Assembly: GCA_963730935.1 (NCBI GenBank)
Contig: CAVSTP010000002.1
Coordinates: forward strand, 1 to 64,000
From: an uncultured Nitrospiraceae bacterium
GTDB taxonomy: Bacteria; Nitrospirota; Nitrospiria; Nitrospirales; Nitrospiraceae
Reading direction: 5' to 3'
Length of the DNA: 64,000 bases
Part shown: piece by piece, positions 18,170 to 27,659 of the stretch
Position numbering within the stretch: the first letter of the stretch is position 1
Layout: every line of letters begins with the position of its first letter
Notes under the pieces: model-generated
What the model was told of the DNA's origin: nothing
Seen by the model: the letters and a program-made list of their open reading frames with translations, nothing else
Databases searched by the model: none
Made by a program: the position numbers and the translations under genes

Positions 18170-19873
18170 CTATTTCGCACCGGCAGGTGCAGGGCTGCCT
18201 TCCGGCGCATGCGCTTTCGCCTCTGTCGGCCTGAGCGTGACAAAGATGGCGAAGCTGACCACGACATAGAACGCGACCGTGATGGCAGTAATCCACCAGG
18301 CCGAATAGGACAGGGTCGGGGTGAACGATTCGGGCGTGAAGTCCGGCAGCAGGTTGTACGTATGGAAATATTTTCGTAAGAGTGACCGGACAGCCCCCAT
18401 CAGACCCATGGTCCAAATGGCACTGAACGCGAGAAACACGAGGACGAACTGCGACACAAAATCGATCTTTCCCCACACAATCGTGCCCTGACTGATGGCA
18501 CGGTTATAAATGATGTAATTGACGACGGTGACGAATACGAGCGTGAATGCCGCGGAGTTCTTGGCCGGCATCAAGGCCAGGAAATTCCAATCCGAAGGCA
18601 GTTCGAGATCCGCCACGAGCTTGGCGCCCGTGGGAACGAAGCCGTGGGGCGTCAACCAGATGGCATCGCCGACCACGACCATCAGGAAACCAACCTTAAT
18701 GACGGTCCGGGCGGACACCGTCAACGGAATGAATCGGCCTAGCACAACGGGCAGCAAGGCCAGCGGAATCAGAATGGCCAACGAGCGCGGGTCGGGCACG
18801 GGAAACATCGTCCATCCCCACGTCATGACGAAGGGCAGGGCGACCATGACGATCGGCGCGAATATGGTCATCCTAACCCGTTCCACACCTTCGATGCGCT
18901 TCATGCTCAACCAGATGTAGTAGTTGCTCGCGAGGAAGATGAGGCCGACCATGGCGCCCTGCATTTCGAAGAACATCGAGAGCTGGTCCGCCATCATGTA
19001 CGGGCAGATCGACGCGTCGTAATCGCACAGCTCGTAAGCGAGCAGATAACCCATGAAGGGTAGGAACAAGAGCGCGCCGACGCCGATCAAATTACCGACG
19101 AATCCCATCCAGTCGTAATAGGCCCGTTCTTCGTCTTTCTTCGCCGCCATGTACATGTAGGCGGCCACCAGGCCGGTAATGAATCCACCAAACGTCACGT
19201 TGCCGACCAGCCGGTGCAGGTTCATGGGCATCCAGCTGTAGTTGTAGATCTTGTCCCACAGCGTCGCGGTCATGAGAAACTCCGTCGGCGAGACGCCTTC
19301 GGCCTTGACGGGGGTATTCATGAATGACGTCGGACCGTCGATCACGAACAGCGTGATGGTCCCGATGAGATTCAGCACCACACCAAGCGCGATGTGGCGG
19401 GCCTTCTTGTCTCCCTTCCAGGCATCCCAAGAATAGAAATACATGTAGAGGAGAATCGTTTCCCCGATGAACAGGAGCGGATAGATCACCGCAAAGAGCA
19501 AAAAGAAGTGGTTGATCAACCAGGTGGTGAATTGCGGGTAGGTCGCCAGCAGGACGAAGATAAAAAGTCCACCCGTGAGGGCGGTCATACTATACAGAAT
19601 GACCGTGACCTTCATGACCTCCTTGGCCAGGCGATCGTAGCGGGGATCCTGCTTCCGATACCCGAGCCATTCGGAGATCACGACGAAGATCGGGGCCCCG
19701 AGAATGAAGGCGGCAAACAAGATGTGGAGCTGGGCAACGATCCAGACCGCAGTGCGGTTGCCCGTATAGGGGAACTCCACAGGGGGAGCGCCGGGAGCCT
19801 GAGCAAAGGCCGCTCCTCCGAACAGCGCCAGAAGCGCACAGGAAGCCAACAGACCGCGCTGCCATGTTTTCAT
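18170..19873 (-). CDS. cytochrome bd-like oxidase subunit (CydA-like), copy 2
   Basis: 'AQLHILFAAFILGAP', 'SFMNTP', 'NLHRL'; clear paralog of 12387-14252. Confidence 0.85.
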   Translation of the reverse strand: MKTWQRGLLASCALLALFGGAAFAQAPGAPPVEFPYTGNRTAVWIVAQLHILFAAFILGAPIFVVISEWLGYRKQDPRYDRLAKEVMKVTVILYSMTALTGGLFIFVLLATYPQFTTWLINHFFLLFAVIYPLLFIGETILLYMYFYSWDAWKGDKKARHIALGVVLNLIGTITLFVIDGPTSFMNTPVKAEGVSPTEFLMTATLWDKIYNYSWMPMNLHRLVGNVTFGGFITGLVAAYMYMAAKKDEERAYYDWMGFVGNLIGVGALLFLPFMGYLLAYELCDYDASICPYMMADQLSMFFEMQGAMVGLIFLASNYYIWLSMKRIEGVERVRMTIFAPIVMVALPFVMTWGWTMFPVPDPRSLAILIPLALLPVVLGRFIPLTVSARTVIKVGFLMVVVGDAIWLTPHGFVPTGAKLVADLELPSDWNFLALMPAKNSAAFTLVFVTVVNYIIYNRAISQGTIVWGKIDFVSQFVLVFLAFSAIWTMGLMGAVRSLLRKYFHTYNLLPDFTPESFTPTLSYSAWWITAITVAFYVVVSFAIFVTLRPTEAKAHAPEGSPAPAGAK

Positions 19874-19920
19874 GATGTGTCGCCGCCCTCCTCGCTGGAA
19901 CCGGTGATGCCGGTCGCGCC

Positions 19921-20430
19921 TTACTTGCCCGCCTCAGCCTTGGCCACCGCCATGGTGCCGGCATCCGCCCACTCTTTCTTGCCGTCGTCCCACTTTTTCC
20001 CGGCCAGTCCGAAATTGCGCTCGAAGAGCACGAGCTTCCAGCGGTCCTCGTCGGACAACTTGGTCTTCCACGCCTTCATCTTCGTGTTGGGCACGCCTTC
20101 CGAAATCCGCCAGAACCACACGGCATCGGAATAGAGCTTCATGCGCTCACCGTTGCGGAAATCACGCGCGCCGGCCTTGACGGGCTTACCGTCCTTGCCG
20201 TGGCAGCTGGCACAATTGACGTCCGGATTCGTTTCCCCGATGAAGAGCTTGCGGCCTTCTTCCACTTTGGCCGCATCCGCCCACCAGTCCGCCGGCATGT
20301 GCTTATCGGCGTAGTCGGCAGGCGCCGGAGGAGGCGGAACGATCGGTCCTTCTCCGCTCTCCCCGCAAGCGGCCACGACCAGCCCAAACCCCATCAACAA
20401 TGCCACGTATAGCGTTCTCCATTGATTCAT
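19921..20430 (-). CDS. monoheme cytochrome c lipoprotein
   Basis: AAGGAG RBS; lipobox VAAC; CASCH; 'GVPNTKMKAW'. Confidence 0.9.
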   Translation of the reverse strand: MNQWRTLYVALLMGFGLVVAACGESGEGPIVPPPPAPADYADKHMPADWWADAAKVEEGRKLFIGETNPDVNCASCHGKDGKPVKAGARDFRNGERMKLYSDAVWFWRISEGVPNTKMKAWKTKLSDEDRWKLVLFERNFGLAGKKWDDGKKEWADAGTMAVAKAEAGK

Positions 20431-20605
20431 AACCGTTCTTCGCTCCTTATAGATTTCAGACGAAAAAAAACGCTTTGCGGGAGTGACTGCACTCCTGCGA
20501 AAGCGCCGATACCACGGGATGCCGGAAACCACGCGCACTGATCCTCGCCACATGCCTTGACCGATCCGGCGAGGGTGCCATAGCCCCACGGACCGCCCAT
20601 CGGTG

Positions 20606-21181
20606 TTAAGACTTTCTCTTCCCCTGCGCCTTGCCTCGTTTCTGCCCTTGCTTTTGCCGCGCCCTGACGATCCGTTTCACTCCGACAGCGCCCGCGATGA
20701 CGGCTGCCGTTCCTCCCAATCCCCACCACAGCCACACGGGCGGGCTGTTCACGTCATGGGCACAGCCGGTTCCAAAATGAATTTGGACTTTGCGTTCCGA
20801 CTCCAGATCCTTGGGATCGAAGAATACTTTATGGTTCTGCTGTTCTCCCCTGGCCTCGACCAGGAGCGGATCCCCTAGATTCTCGTTGTGCAGATGAAAG
20901 GTCGCCCGGTAGTACCCATCTCCGTCCGTTTTGACGACCTGTCCATAAGAGACCTTGGTGTCCTTGACGAGGACGTCGGTATCGGCAATCGCCTTCCCAT
21001 TCGTCCCGCACACGAACCCTTCGACGGTGAACCGATGATCGGCCTCATGCGTTGCCGAGCTTGCCGATGGAAAGGCAACGCTCACGCAGAACGCGGCGAA
21101 TGCGACCGTGAGTCCTTGCCGTCGTCGCTCTCTCTGCCGAAAACCGGAGCGTGTCGCCCGCGAAATGGTTTCAAACAACAA
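20606..21181 (-). CDS. exported beta-sandwich protein (carboxypeptidase-regulatory-like) with C-terminal TM
   Basis: Signal-like segment; 'KTDGDGYY'; TM plus basic tail; start uncertain. Confidence 0.6.
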   Translation of the reverse strand: MLFETISRATRSGFRQRERRRQGLTVAFAAFCVSVAFPSASSATHEADHRFTVEGFVCGTNGKAIADTDVLVKDTKVSYGQVVKTDGDGYYRATFHLHNENLGDPLLVEARGEQQNHKVFFDPKDLESERKVQIHFGTGCAHDVNSPPVWLWWGLGGTAAVIAGAVGVKRIVRARQKQGQKRGKAQGKRKS

Positions 21182-21223
21182 AACGCCTCGCCACGGCAGG
21201 CTTCCCCAGTTTTGAGGCCGATG

Positions 21224-21252
21224 TTTCTAACATAGGGCCCCCTGGTTGTCAA
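21224..21252 (-). promoter_or_regulatory. sigma70-like promoter for the respiratory cluster
   Basis: TTGACA-17-TAGAAA with extended TG. Confidence 0.5.
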
Positions 21253-21363
21253 CGACAGAGCTGGACCAATCCAGCCGGTGTCCGGACGCCGGACGCCAGC
21301 ATTGGCGCGGGAAAATGCGTTGGCGCGTGGGAGGGAAAGACAAGCGAAGGACGCGGACGTGCA

Positions 21364-21756
21364 CTACAAATGCCCGCGGGTGCGGGCATCTGCTTCGACT
21401 CGAGCGGCTTCGGCACGGCGTTCGGATTCCTTTTTGGAGACCCAGGTCTCCCAGGATCTCCCATTGGCAGTGTCTTCACCAGTAAACGCCAGGGACGCGA
21501 TATTGGCGTATGCGATCTTGCGAGGAGCCGGATCAGCGGCAGGAAAGAGCTCGATCCATGGCTCAGTACCGGCGGCATCACGGTTGAACAGATAGCCGGC
21601 CACCGACTCTCCGGACGTTAGCTCCAGCGTGACGTCGCCGCGGTAATCAAACGCAAGTTCGATGGCTTCGGCCAGGTCCTGCTGGGACGTGGGCCGAAAC
21701 ACCCGTCCCTCCAACGAGTCGGGTACGGTGGAGGTGTGGTTCTTTGTATCGGTCAT
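21364..21756 (-). CDS. hypothetical protein downstream of hpnH
   Basis: 130 aa with typical codon bias; 'AFDYRGDVTLEL.SGE...GYLFNR'. Confidence 0.7.
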   Translation of the reverse strand: MTDTKNHTSTVPDSLEGRVFRPTSQQDLAEAIELAFDYRGDVTLELTSGESVAGYLFNRDAAGTEPWIELFPAADPAPRKIAYANIASLAFTGEDTANGRSWETWVSKKESERRAEAARVEADARTRGHL

Positions 21757-21802
21757 GATCAGCACAGTGGCGACGGCATCATCGGGCCTCTGCCCAGAAA
21801 TG

Positions 21803-22819
21803 TCATCGCGACGTTGGCAGGAGCGTGAGCTTGGCTGTCCGTGCGAAGCCCGAGAGAGTCCCGAACGTATCTTCGACCGCCGACGCCTCGTAGCCGCAAT
21901 GCACCATGCAGTCGGCGCATTTCTCATTCTTCGTCGAGCCGTAGTCTTGCCATGCCGTCGTATCCATCAGATCGCGGAAGCTTTTGGCATAGCCTTCCTG
22001 CAGAAGATAACAGGGCCGCTGCCAACCGAACACGTTATACGTGGGGTTTCCCCACGGCGTGCAGTGATATTCGCGGCGTCCCATCAGGAAGTCCAAGAAG
22101 AGCGGGGATTGATTGAACTGCCAGGCGCGCTTCGGACTCGCGAGAATCTTGGAAAACAGCTCTTTCGTCCTGGACCGCTTGAGGAAATGCTGCTGGTCGG
22201 GCGCTTTTTGGTAGCTGTAGCCGGGAGAAATCATCATGCCTTCGACGCCCAGCGCCATCATCTCATCGAAGAATTTTCTGACACGCTCCGGATTCGCATC
22301 ATCGAACAGGGTGGTGTTCGTCGTCACTCGATGCCCGCGCTTGAGCGCGGCTTTGATCGCCCGCACCGCGACGTCATAGATGCCGTCCCGGCAGACGGCC
22401 AAATCATGCTCGTCTTTCAGGCCGTCCATGTGGATGCTGAACGTCAGAAATTTGGAGGCTTGGTACTCATCAAGCTTCCGTTCGAGCAGAATGGCGTTGG
22501 TGCATAGGTAGACGTACCGCTTTTGCGCAACAAGGCCTTGGACGATCTCGGCCATTTCGGGATGGATCAACGGTTCCCCGCCGGGGATACTCACGATGGG
22601 AGCTCCGCATTCCTCGGCCGCCGTCCAGCACTGCTCGGGGGTCAGACGTTTATCAAGGACATGGTCGGGATACTGGATCTTGCCGCACCCGGCACAGGCC
22701 AGGTTGCAGCGAAAGAGCGGCTCGAGCATTAAGACCAGCGGGTACCGCTTCACCCCCCTGAGCTTCTGGCTGAGCACATAGCTGGCAACCCTGTACATCT
22801 GCGAAAGCGGTACGGCCAT
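21803..22819 (-). CDS. hpnH: adenosylhopane radical SAM enzyme
   Basis: 'YPLVLMLEPLFRCNLACAGCGKIQYP', 'CTPWGNPT', 'CADCMVHCGYE'. Confidence 0.95.
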   Translation of the reverse strand: MAVPLSQMYRVASYVLSQKLRGVKRYPLVLMLEPLFRCNLACAGCGKIQYPDHVLDKRLTPEQCWTAAEECGAPIVSIPGGEPLIHPEMAEIVQGLVAQKRYVYLCTNAILLERKLDEYQASKFLTFSIHMDGLKDEHDLAVCRDGIYDVAVRAIKAALKRGHRVTTNTTLFDDANPERVRKFFDEMMALGVEGMMISPGYSYQKAPDQQHFLKRSRTKELFSKILASPKRAWQFNQSPLFLDFLMGRREYHCTPWGNPTYNVFGWQRPCYLLQEGYAKSFRDLMDTTAWQDYGSTKNEKCADCMVHCGYEASAVEDTFGTLSGFARTAKLTLLPTSR

Positions 22820-22895
22820 TCTCAACTCCGTGATTCTAGATTAGATCGGTAACGGCGGCGAACCACCGGTGGGTAGCTGATTGCAAACGCAAGGG

Positions 22896-22924
22896 ATTCT
22901 AACATCGAGCTTGCGGCCAGTCAA
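22896..22924 (-). promoter_or_regulatory. sigma70 promoter of hpnH
   Basis: TTGACT-17-TAGAAT with extended TG. Confidence 0.6.
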
Positions 22925-23029
22925 TTTCATCTGGGCTGAAGTCTTTTTCTCCCGCACGAGCTTAAACCTTATCAAGACCTTGTTCGATATGTCGTGATGA
23001 AGATTTGGAGTCGGTCGGCATTCGGTATG

Positions 23030-23105
23030 TGGAGGCGCCGAGCGGGTTCGAACCGCTGCATCGCAGTTTTGCAGACTGCTCCCTTAGCCACTTGGGTACG
23101 GCGCC
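23030..23105 (-). tRNA. tRNA-Cys(GCA)
   Basis: GGCGCCGTACCCAAGTGGCTAAGGGA-GCAGT CT GCA AA ACTGC-GATGCAGCGGTTCGAACCCGCTCGGCGCCTCCA. Confidence 0.97.
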
Positions 23106-23267
23106 CTAGGGGAATGGGCATTATATCCGGTGATAGGGCGGGAGGCTAGAGGAAATACTCGCACTCGGGAACCCGTTGGAGCGCTACCCGTGAAACGACC
23201 TAGTGAGGCAATGGACCCTGTCAGCAGGGTATGCGAGCCTTGTCGTTCCTGTCGGCTGACACGATGC

Positions 23268-24452
23268 TCAAGACTTGTTCGAGAGGACGGGGATCACTTT
23301 CCCGCGAGTGGGGCCTTGATCGGGGCCAGGCAACGTTTCCCAGCCTTCAGCGGAAGGGGCCGCAGGGGCTTCGCCATTCGCCTCGGCTTCCTTTTCCTTG
23401 GCGAGCAACTCCACTTCGTGAATCAGGGTGTCCATCAGCTCTTCGATCGGCACCTTCCGGACAAGCTTCCCCTTCTTGAACAAAATCCCTTTACCTTCGC
23501 CGCCGGCGATGCCGATGTCGGCTTCCTTGCCTTCGCCGATGCCGTTCACGACGCAGCCAAGCACGGACACGTTCATGGGCGTCTTGATATGGCCAAGTTT
23601 CTTCTCCAACTCGTTGGCCATTCGCACCACGTCGATTTCTACCCGACCGCACGTGGGACAAGCGATCACATTGATGCCGCGATGGCGCAATTCGAGCGAC
23701 TTGAGAATCTCGAAACCGACCTTGACCTCTTCGACCGGATCGGCTGCGAGCGAGACACGGAGCGTGTCGCCGATACCCTGTGACAGCAGGTATCCAAGCC
23801 CCATCGCCGATTTTACGGCGCCGGTCATCGCAGTGCCGGCTTCGGTGATGCCGATATGCAGCGGATAGTTCGATTGATGAGCAAACAGCCAGTAGGCGTC
23901 GATCGCATGATGGACGTCCGAAGCCTTGAGCGAAACTTTCATGTTCGTAAAGCCGACGTCTTCCAGAGCATGCACAGCATTGAGCGCGGATTCGGAAAGC
24001 GCTTCGGGTGACGGCCAGCCGTATTTGTCGAGTAGAGGCCGCTCCAACGAACCGCCGTTGACTCCCACCCGCAGCGAGATTCCTCGCGCGTTTACGGCCT
24101 TAATGACCTCTTCCACCTTCCACCAGGCGCCGATGTTGCCCGGGTTGATGCGGACGCAATCAACGATTTCCGCGGCCTTCAAGGCCAACCGATGATCGAA
24201 ATGGATGTCTGCGATAAGCGGCACGGTCATCGCCGCTTTGATGCGGGGAAGCGCTGCGGCGGCTTCTTCATCAGGCACCGCGACGCGAATCAGTTCACAT
24301 CCGGCCGCCTCAAGCTGCCGGATTTGCTCGACCGTCGTCGCCACATCCCTCGTATCGGTCGAGCACATCGACTGGACCGAGACGGGCGCGTCGCCGCCGA
24401 TCTTCACTTTGCCGACTTGAATCTGCCTAGTTGGGCGTCTGGTAATGTGCAT
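23268..24452 (-). CDS. ispG: (E)-4-hydroxy-3-methylbut-2-enyl-diphosphate synthase
   Basis: 'VQSM', 'ADIHF', 'RINPGN', 'CPTCGR', 'GCVVNG.GE'. Confidence 0.97.
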   Translation of the reverse strand: MHITRRPTRQIQVGKVKIGGDAPVSVQSMCSTDTRDVATTVEQIRQLEAAGCELIRVAVPDEEAAAALPRIKAAMTVPLIADIHFDHRLALKAAEIVDCVRINPGNIGAWWKVEEVIKAVNARGISLRVGVNGGSLERPLLDKYGWPSPEALSESALNAVHALEDVGFTNMKVSLKASDVHHAIDAYWLFAHQSNYPLHIGITEAGTAMTGAVKSAMGLGYLLSQGIGDTLRVSLAADPVEEVKVGFEILKSLELRHRGINVIACPTCGRVEIDVVRMANELEKKLGHIKTPMNVSVLGCVVNGIGEGKEADIGIAGGEGKGILFKKGKLVRKVPIEELMDTLIHEVELLAKEKEAEANGEAPAAPSAEGWETLPGPDQGPTRGKVIPVLSNKS

Positions 24453-24468
24453 CGAACAATCTGGGCGC

Positions 24469-26415
24469 TTAACTGCCCTGCTCGTCCCCGTGCGGCAGGT
24501 GATCGACCGCTGCAGAGAAGAGTTCCGACTCGCGGGAAGTGATCGGGCTCTTTGTGACCAATTCCTTCACGCTACGGTAAATGCCATCGGTGGTCAATCC
24601 GTACCGTTCGCGCAGCAGGTCCTGGGGACCTTGCTCGATGTACCAGTCCGGAAGCCCGAGGACTTTGGTCTTCACGGTCACGCCGGCCTCGGACAAGGCT
24701 TCGAGCACCGCCGAGCCGAACCCACCCATCTTGCAGCCCTCTTCGACCGTTACGACATAGCGTACCCGCCTGGCGACGCTCACGATCAATTCCTGATCCA
24801 GAGGTTTGACGAAGCGGGCGTTGATGACCGCAGTCGACAGCCCTTCCTGGCTCAGTTGCTCCGCCGCCTTGACCGCCGGCCATACGGACACGCCGATCGC
24901 GATAATTACCACATCGGCGCCGTCCCGCAAAAGCTCGCCTTTGCCGATCGGGAGCACTTTCTGCTCGCGATCCATCGGCACGCCCAGGCTGATACCCCTC
25001 GGATAGCGGACGGACACGGGGCCCTCATACTGCAGACTGGTCTTGAGCATGTGCTGTAATTCATTCTCATCCTTCGGCGCCATGACGACCATGTTCGGCA
25101 TGTGCCGCAAGTAGGCGTAATCGAAAGCACCGTGATGCGTCGTGCCGTCCTCGGCGACGAGCCCACCGCGATCGATGCAGAAGGTCACTGGCAGATTCTG
25201 GGTGGCGACGTCGTGCACTACTTGATCATAGGCGCGTTGGAGGAACGTGGCGTACATCGCGACCACCGGCCGCATGCCCTGCGCTGCCAAGCCGGCCGCA
25301 AACGTCACCGCATGCTGCTCGGCAATTCCCACGTCATAGATCCGGTCAGGAAATTCCTTTTCAAAGGCATTCAGGCCCGTGCCCTCGCACATCGCCGCGG
25401 TGATCGCCACGACCCGCTTGTCTTGACGAGCCGCTTGAATCAACGCCTCGATGGCGATTTGGGTATAGGAAGGTCGCGCCGCCTTCTTCGCCGGGGCACC
25501 GGTTTCCCTTACAAACGGCGGACAAGCATGGAACCACACTGGGTTTTTCTCGGCCGGCTCATAGCCCAGGCCCTTCTTCGTGATGACATGGAGGAGGACC
25601 GGCCCTCTCATCTTGAGCACATTCTCGAGGGTCGGAAGCAGGTGCTCGAAGTTATGGCCGTCGATTGGACCGGCGTAGCGGAATCCCAGTTCTTCGAAGA
25701 GCAGCCCTGGGAGGATGGCACCCTTGGCCAACTCTTCCGCCCGACGAGCCAGCTTCTCGACGTCGTATCCGATGTGCGGGATTTTCCTCAGTAATTGGCC
25801 GGTTTCCTCCCGCATTTTCGTATAAAAATCGCCAGTGAAGGTTCGGTTCAAATAGGAGGAAATGGCACCGACGTTCTTCGAGATGGACATCTGATTGTCA
25901 TTGAGAATGACGATGAAGTCCTTGCCGAGGCCCCCTGCATGGTGCAGCCCCTCAAGCGTCATGCCGGCGGTCATGGCTCCGTCACCAACCACGCAGACGA
26001 CTTTGTGCTTGAGGCCCTGCTGCTCCCGGGCCTCGACCATCCCGTAGGCGGCCGAAACGCCGGTCCCCGCATGTCCGGCATTGAAGGTATCGTAGACGCT
26101 TTCCTCGCGCTTGCAGAATCCGCTCAATCCGCCATATTGGCGAAGGGTGTGGAACTGCTCCCGCCGCCCGGTGAGCAACTTATGTGCATAGGCCTGATTG
26201 CTGGTATCCCAGACGATCTTGTCCTGGGGGGTATCCATCAGATAGTGCAACGCCACCGTCAACTCGACCACGCCCAGGTTCGAGGCCAGATGGCCTCCGA
26301 CACTGGACACCGCTCCGATGATCTGCTCCCTAAGTTCTTGGCAGAGTTTGGGAAATTGCGCGGGTTTGAGCCGCTTGAGATCAGCGGGGTTGTGGATGGT
26401 CTTCAAGATCGACAT
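24469..26415 (-). CDS. dxs: 1-deoxy-D-xylulose-5-phosphate synthase
   Basis: 'GGHLASNLGVVEL', 'GDGAMT', 'NDN', 'GIAEQH', 'DRGG...DGTTH'. Confidence 0.97.
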   Translation of the reverse strand: MSILKTIHNPADLKRLKPAQFPKLCQELREQIIGAVSSVGGHLASNLGVVELTVALHYLMDTPQDKIVWDTSNQAYAHKLLTGRREQFHTLRQYGGLSGFCKREESVYDTFNAGHAGTGVSAAYGMVEAREQQGLKHKVVCVVGDGAMTAGMTLEGLHHAGGLGKDFIVILNDNQMSISKNVGAISSYLNRTFTGDFYTKMREETGQLLRKIPHIGYDVEKLARRAEELAKGAILPGLLFEELGFRYAGPIDGHNFEHLLPTLENVLKMRGPVLLHVITKKGLGYEPAEKNPVWFHACPPFVRETGAPAKKAARPSYTQIAIEALIQAARQDKRVVAITAAMCEGTGLNAFEKEFPDRIYDVGIAEQHAVTFAAGLAAQGMRPVVAMYATFLQRAYDQVVHDVATQNLPVTFCIDRGGLVAEDGTTHHGAFDYAYLRHMPNMVVMAPKDENELQHMLKTSLQYEGPVSVRYPRGISLGVPMDREQKVLPIGKGELLRDGADVVIIAIGVSVWPAVKAAEQLSQEGLSTAVINARFVKPLDQELIVSVARRVRYVVTVEEGCKMGGFGSAVLEALSEAGVTVKTKVLGLPDWYIEQGPQDLLRERYGLTTDGIYRSVKELVTKSPITSRESELFSAAVDHLPHGDEQGS

Positions 26416-26573
26416 GACGAAACTCCTTTGCGAGAGTTCATGCGCCCAGTAGTCGGGCTGAATCCAGATAGGCTTGGCGAAGGGCTATGCGGTCTGCATG
26501 CTGGCGTCAACAGTCTCACACAACCCTCCATTGCTGTCAAGGGGTTAGGGGTTTCGGCATCCTCATAATCGGA

Positions 26574-27659
26574 TTACCTCTGGAAGCGGTACGTCAACAG
26601 GACCCCCAATGTAAAATCGGGGGCGCCACCCGTGACGAAGTCAATATTCTCAATTGCATAGGCCTGCCAGAGCCAATGTTGAGCAAAGCGATAGCTGAAG
26701 CCGGCGACCAACTCGGATACCCCCTTGTCAAAAACCTCCAAGCCGACATTCCGGAACGGGGTCGTGTAATAGTCGAACTGGACGGTCAGGGATAGGTTCT
26801 CCGACCAGAGGTATTCGGCCGCGGCCATGCCCATGAGCGTGGGATACAACGCGAAGCCGGCGATCCGCCCAGTCGGGACCACACCGTTCAAGTTGCCGTG
26901 CATCACCCAACGGCTTCCAAGCGCCTTCTCGATCGCCAGTCCGAGGCCAAAGTCCGGACTGCCGCTGCCGAAGAACTCGCCTTGGTCGCCTGTCGGAAGT
27001 TTGATCGCCGTCCGAAGCGAAAGCGCGGGCATGACGGAGGTTTCCTTGAACAACTGATATTTGACCTGCACCATGCTGTCGCCGAGGCCGAGCGCGCCGT
27101 TTGTTCCGTTGATGACCTGCTGCCCGTTGCGCGTAATGTTGTAGGCATAGTTGACATTGCTGAGTGCGCTGCGCGCCGGCGAGAGCCCGGTCGTGGCCCG
27201 TTCAACAGCTTCTATCATGCCGGACATAATGCCTGTGTAGCGGTACAGGAATGGGAGTTCGAAGCCGACCTCGAGTTTCGAGGTAACGCCATACCGTAGG
27301 AAAAGTCCGGTCCGCAGGGTCTCGAATTTCATCTGGGCACTGGCATTTGCCGGGAGTTCGGAATACACCGCGGCGGTTTCCGCTAACTCCAGACGTATGT
27401 CGAGCGTCCCTCGGCTCAGGACAGCGGCGCGGTCTGCCGGCATATTCAATACCAGTTGCTGGAGCGGGTTGAAGTTTCGTACGGGAAAGGGGCCGAACCC
27501 TTCGGCCGGAGCTTGAGACGGATGCAGACATAAAGCGGCGGCCAACGCCCCCAATACTGCCCGGCGCGCTCCATCTCTTTTCCAACGATCGAACGGCGCC
27601 GCGTCAGTAGGGGAAGTCCAGCCCCGCGAAGATGGCACCACCCTCCTTGCTGAAGCCAT
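26574..27659 (-). CDS. putative outer-membrane beta-barrel (DUF3187-like)
   Basis: 'GPFPVRNFNP', 'LGLGD', 'IKLPTGD....GSG..D', 'APDFTLG'; true start uncertain, since the ORF overlaps the upstream gene. Confidence 0.65.
   Translation of the reverse strand: MASARRVVPSSRGWTSPTDAAPFDRWKRDGARRAVLGALAAALCLHPSQAPAEGFGPFPVRNFNPLQQLVLNMPADRAAVLSRGTLDIRLELAETAAVYSELPANASAQMKFETLRTGLFLRYGVTSKLEVGFELPFLYRYTGIMSGMIEAVERATTGLSPARSALSNVNYAYNITRNGQQVINGTNGALGLGDSMVQVKYQLFKETSVMPALSLRTAIKLPTGDQGEFFGSGSPDFGLGLAIEKALGSRWVMHGNLNGVVPTGRIAGFALYPTLMGMAAAEYLWSENLSLTVQFDYYTTPFRNVGLEVFDKGVSELVAGFSYRFAQHWLWQAYAIENIDFVTGGAPDFTLGVLLTYRFQR

Noticed and set aside
22925..23105. tRNA-Cys as an integration site
   Set aside because: No integrase or 3'-end duplication; flanks are core isoprenoid/hopanoid genes
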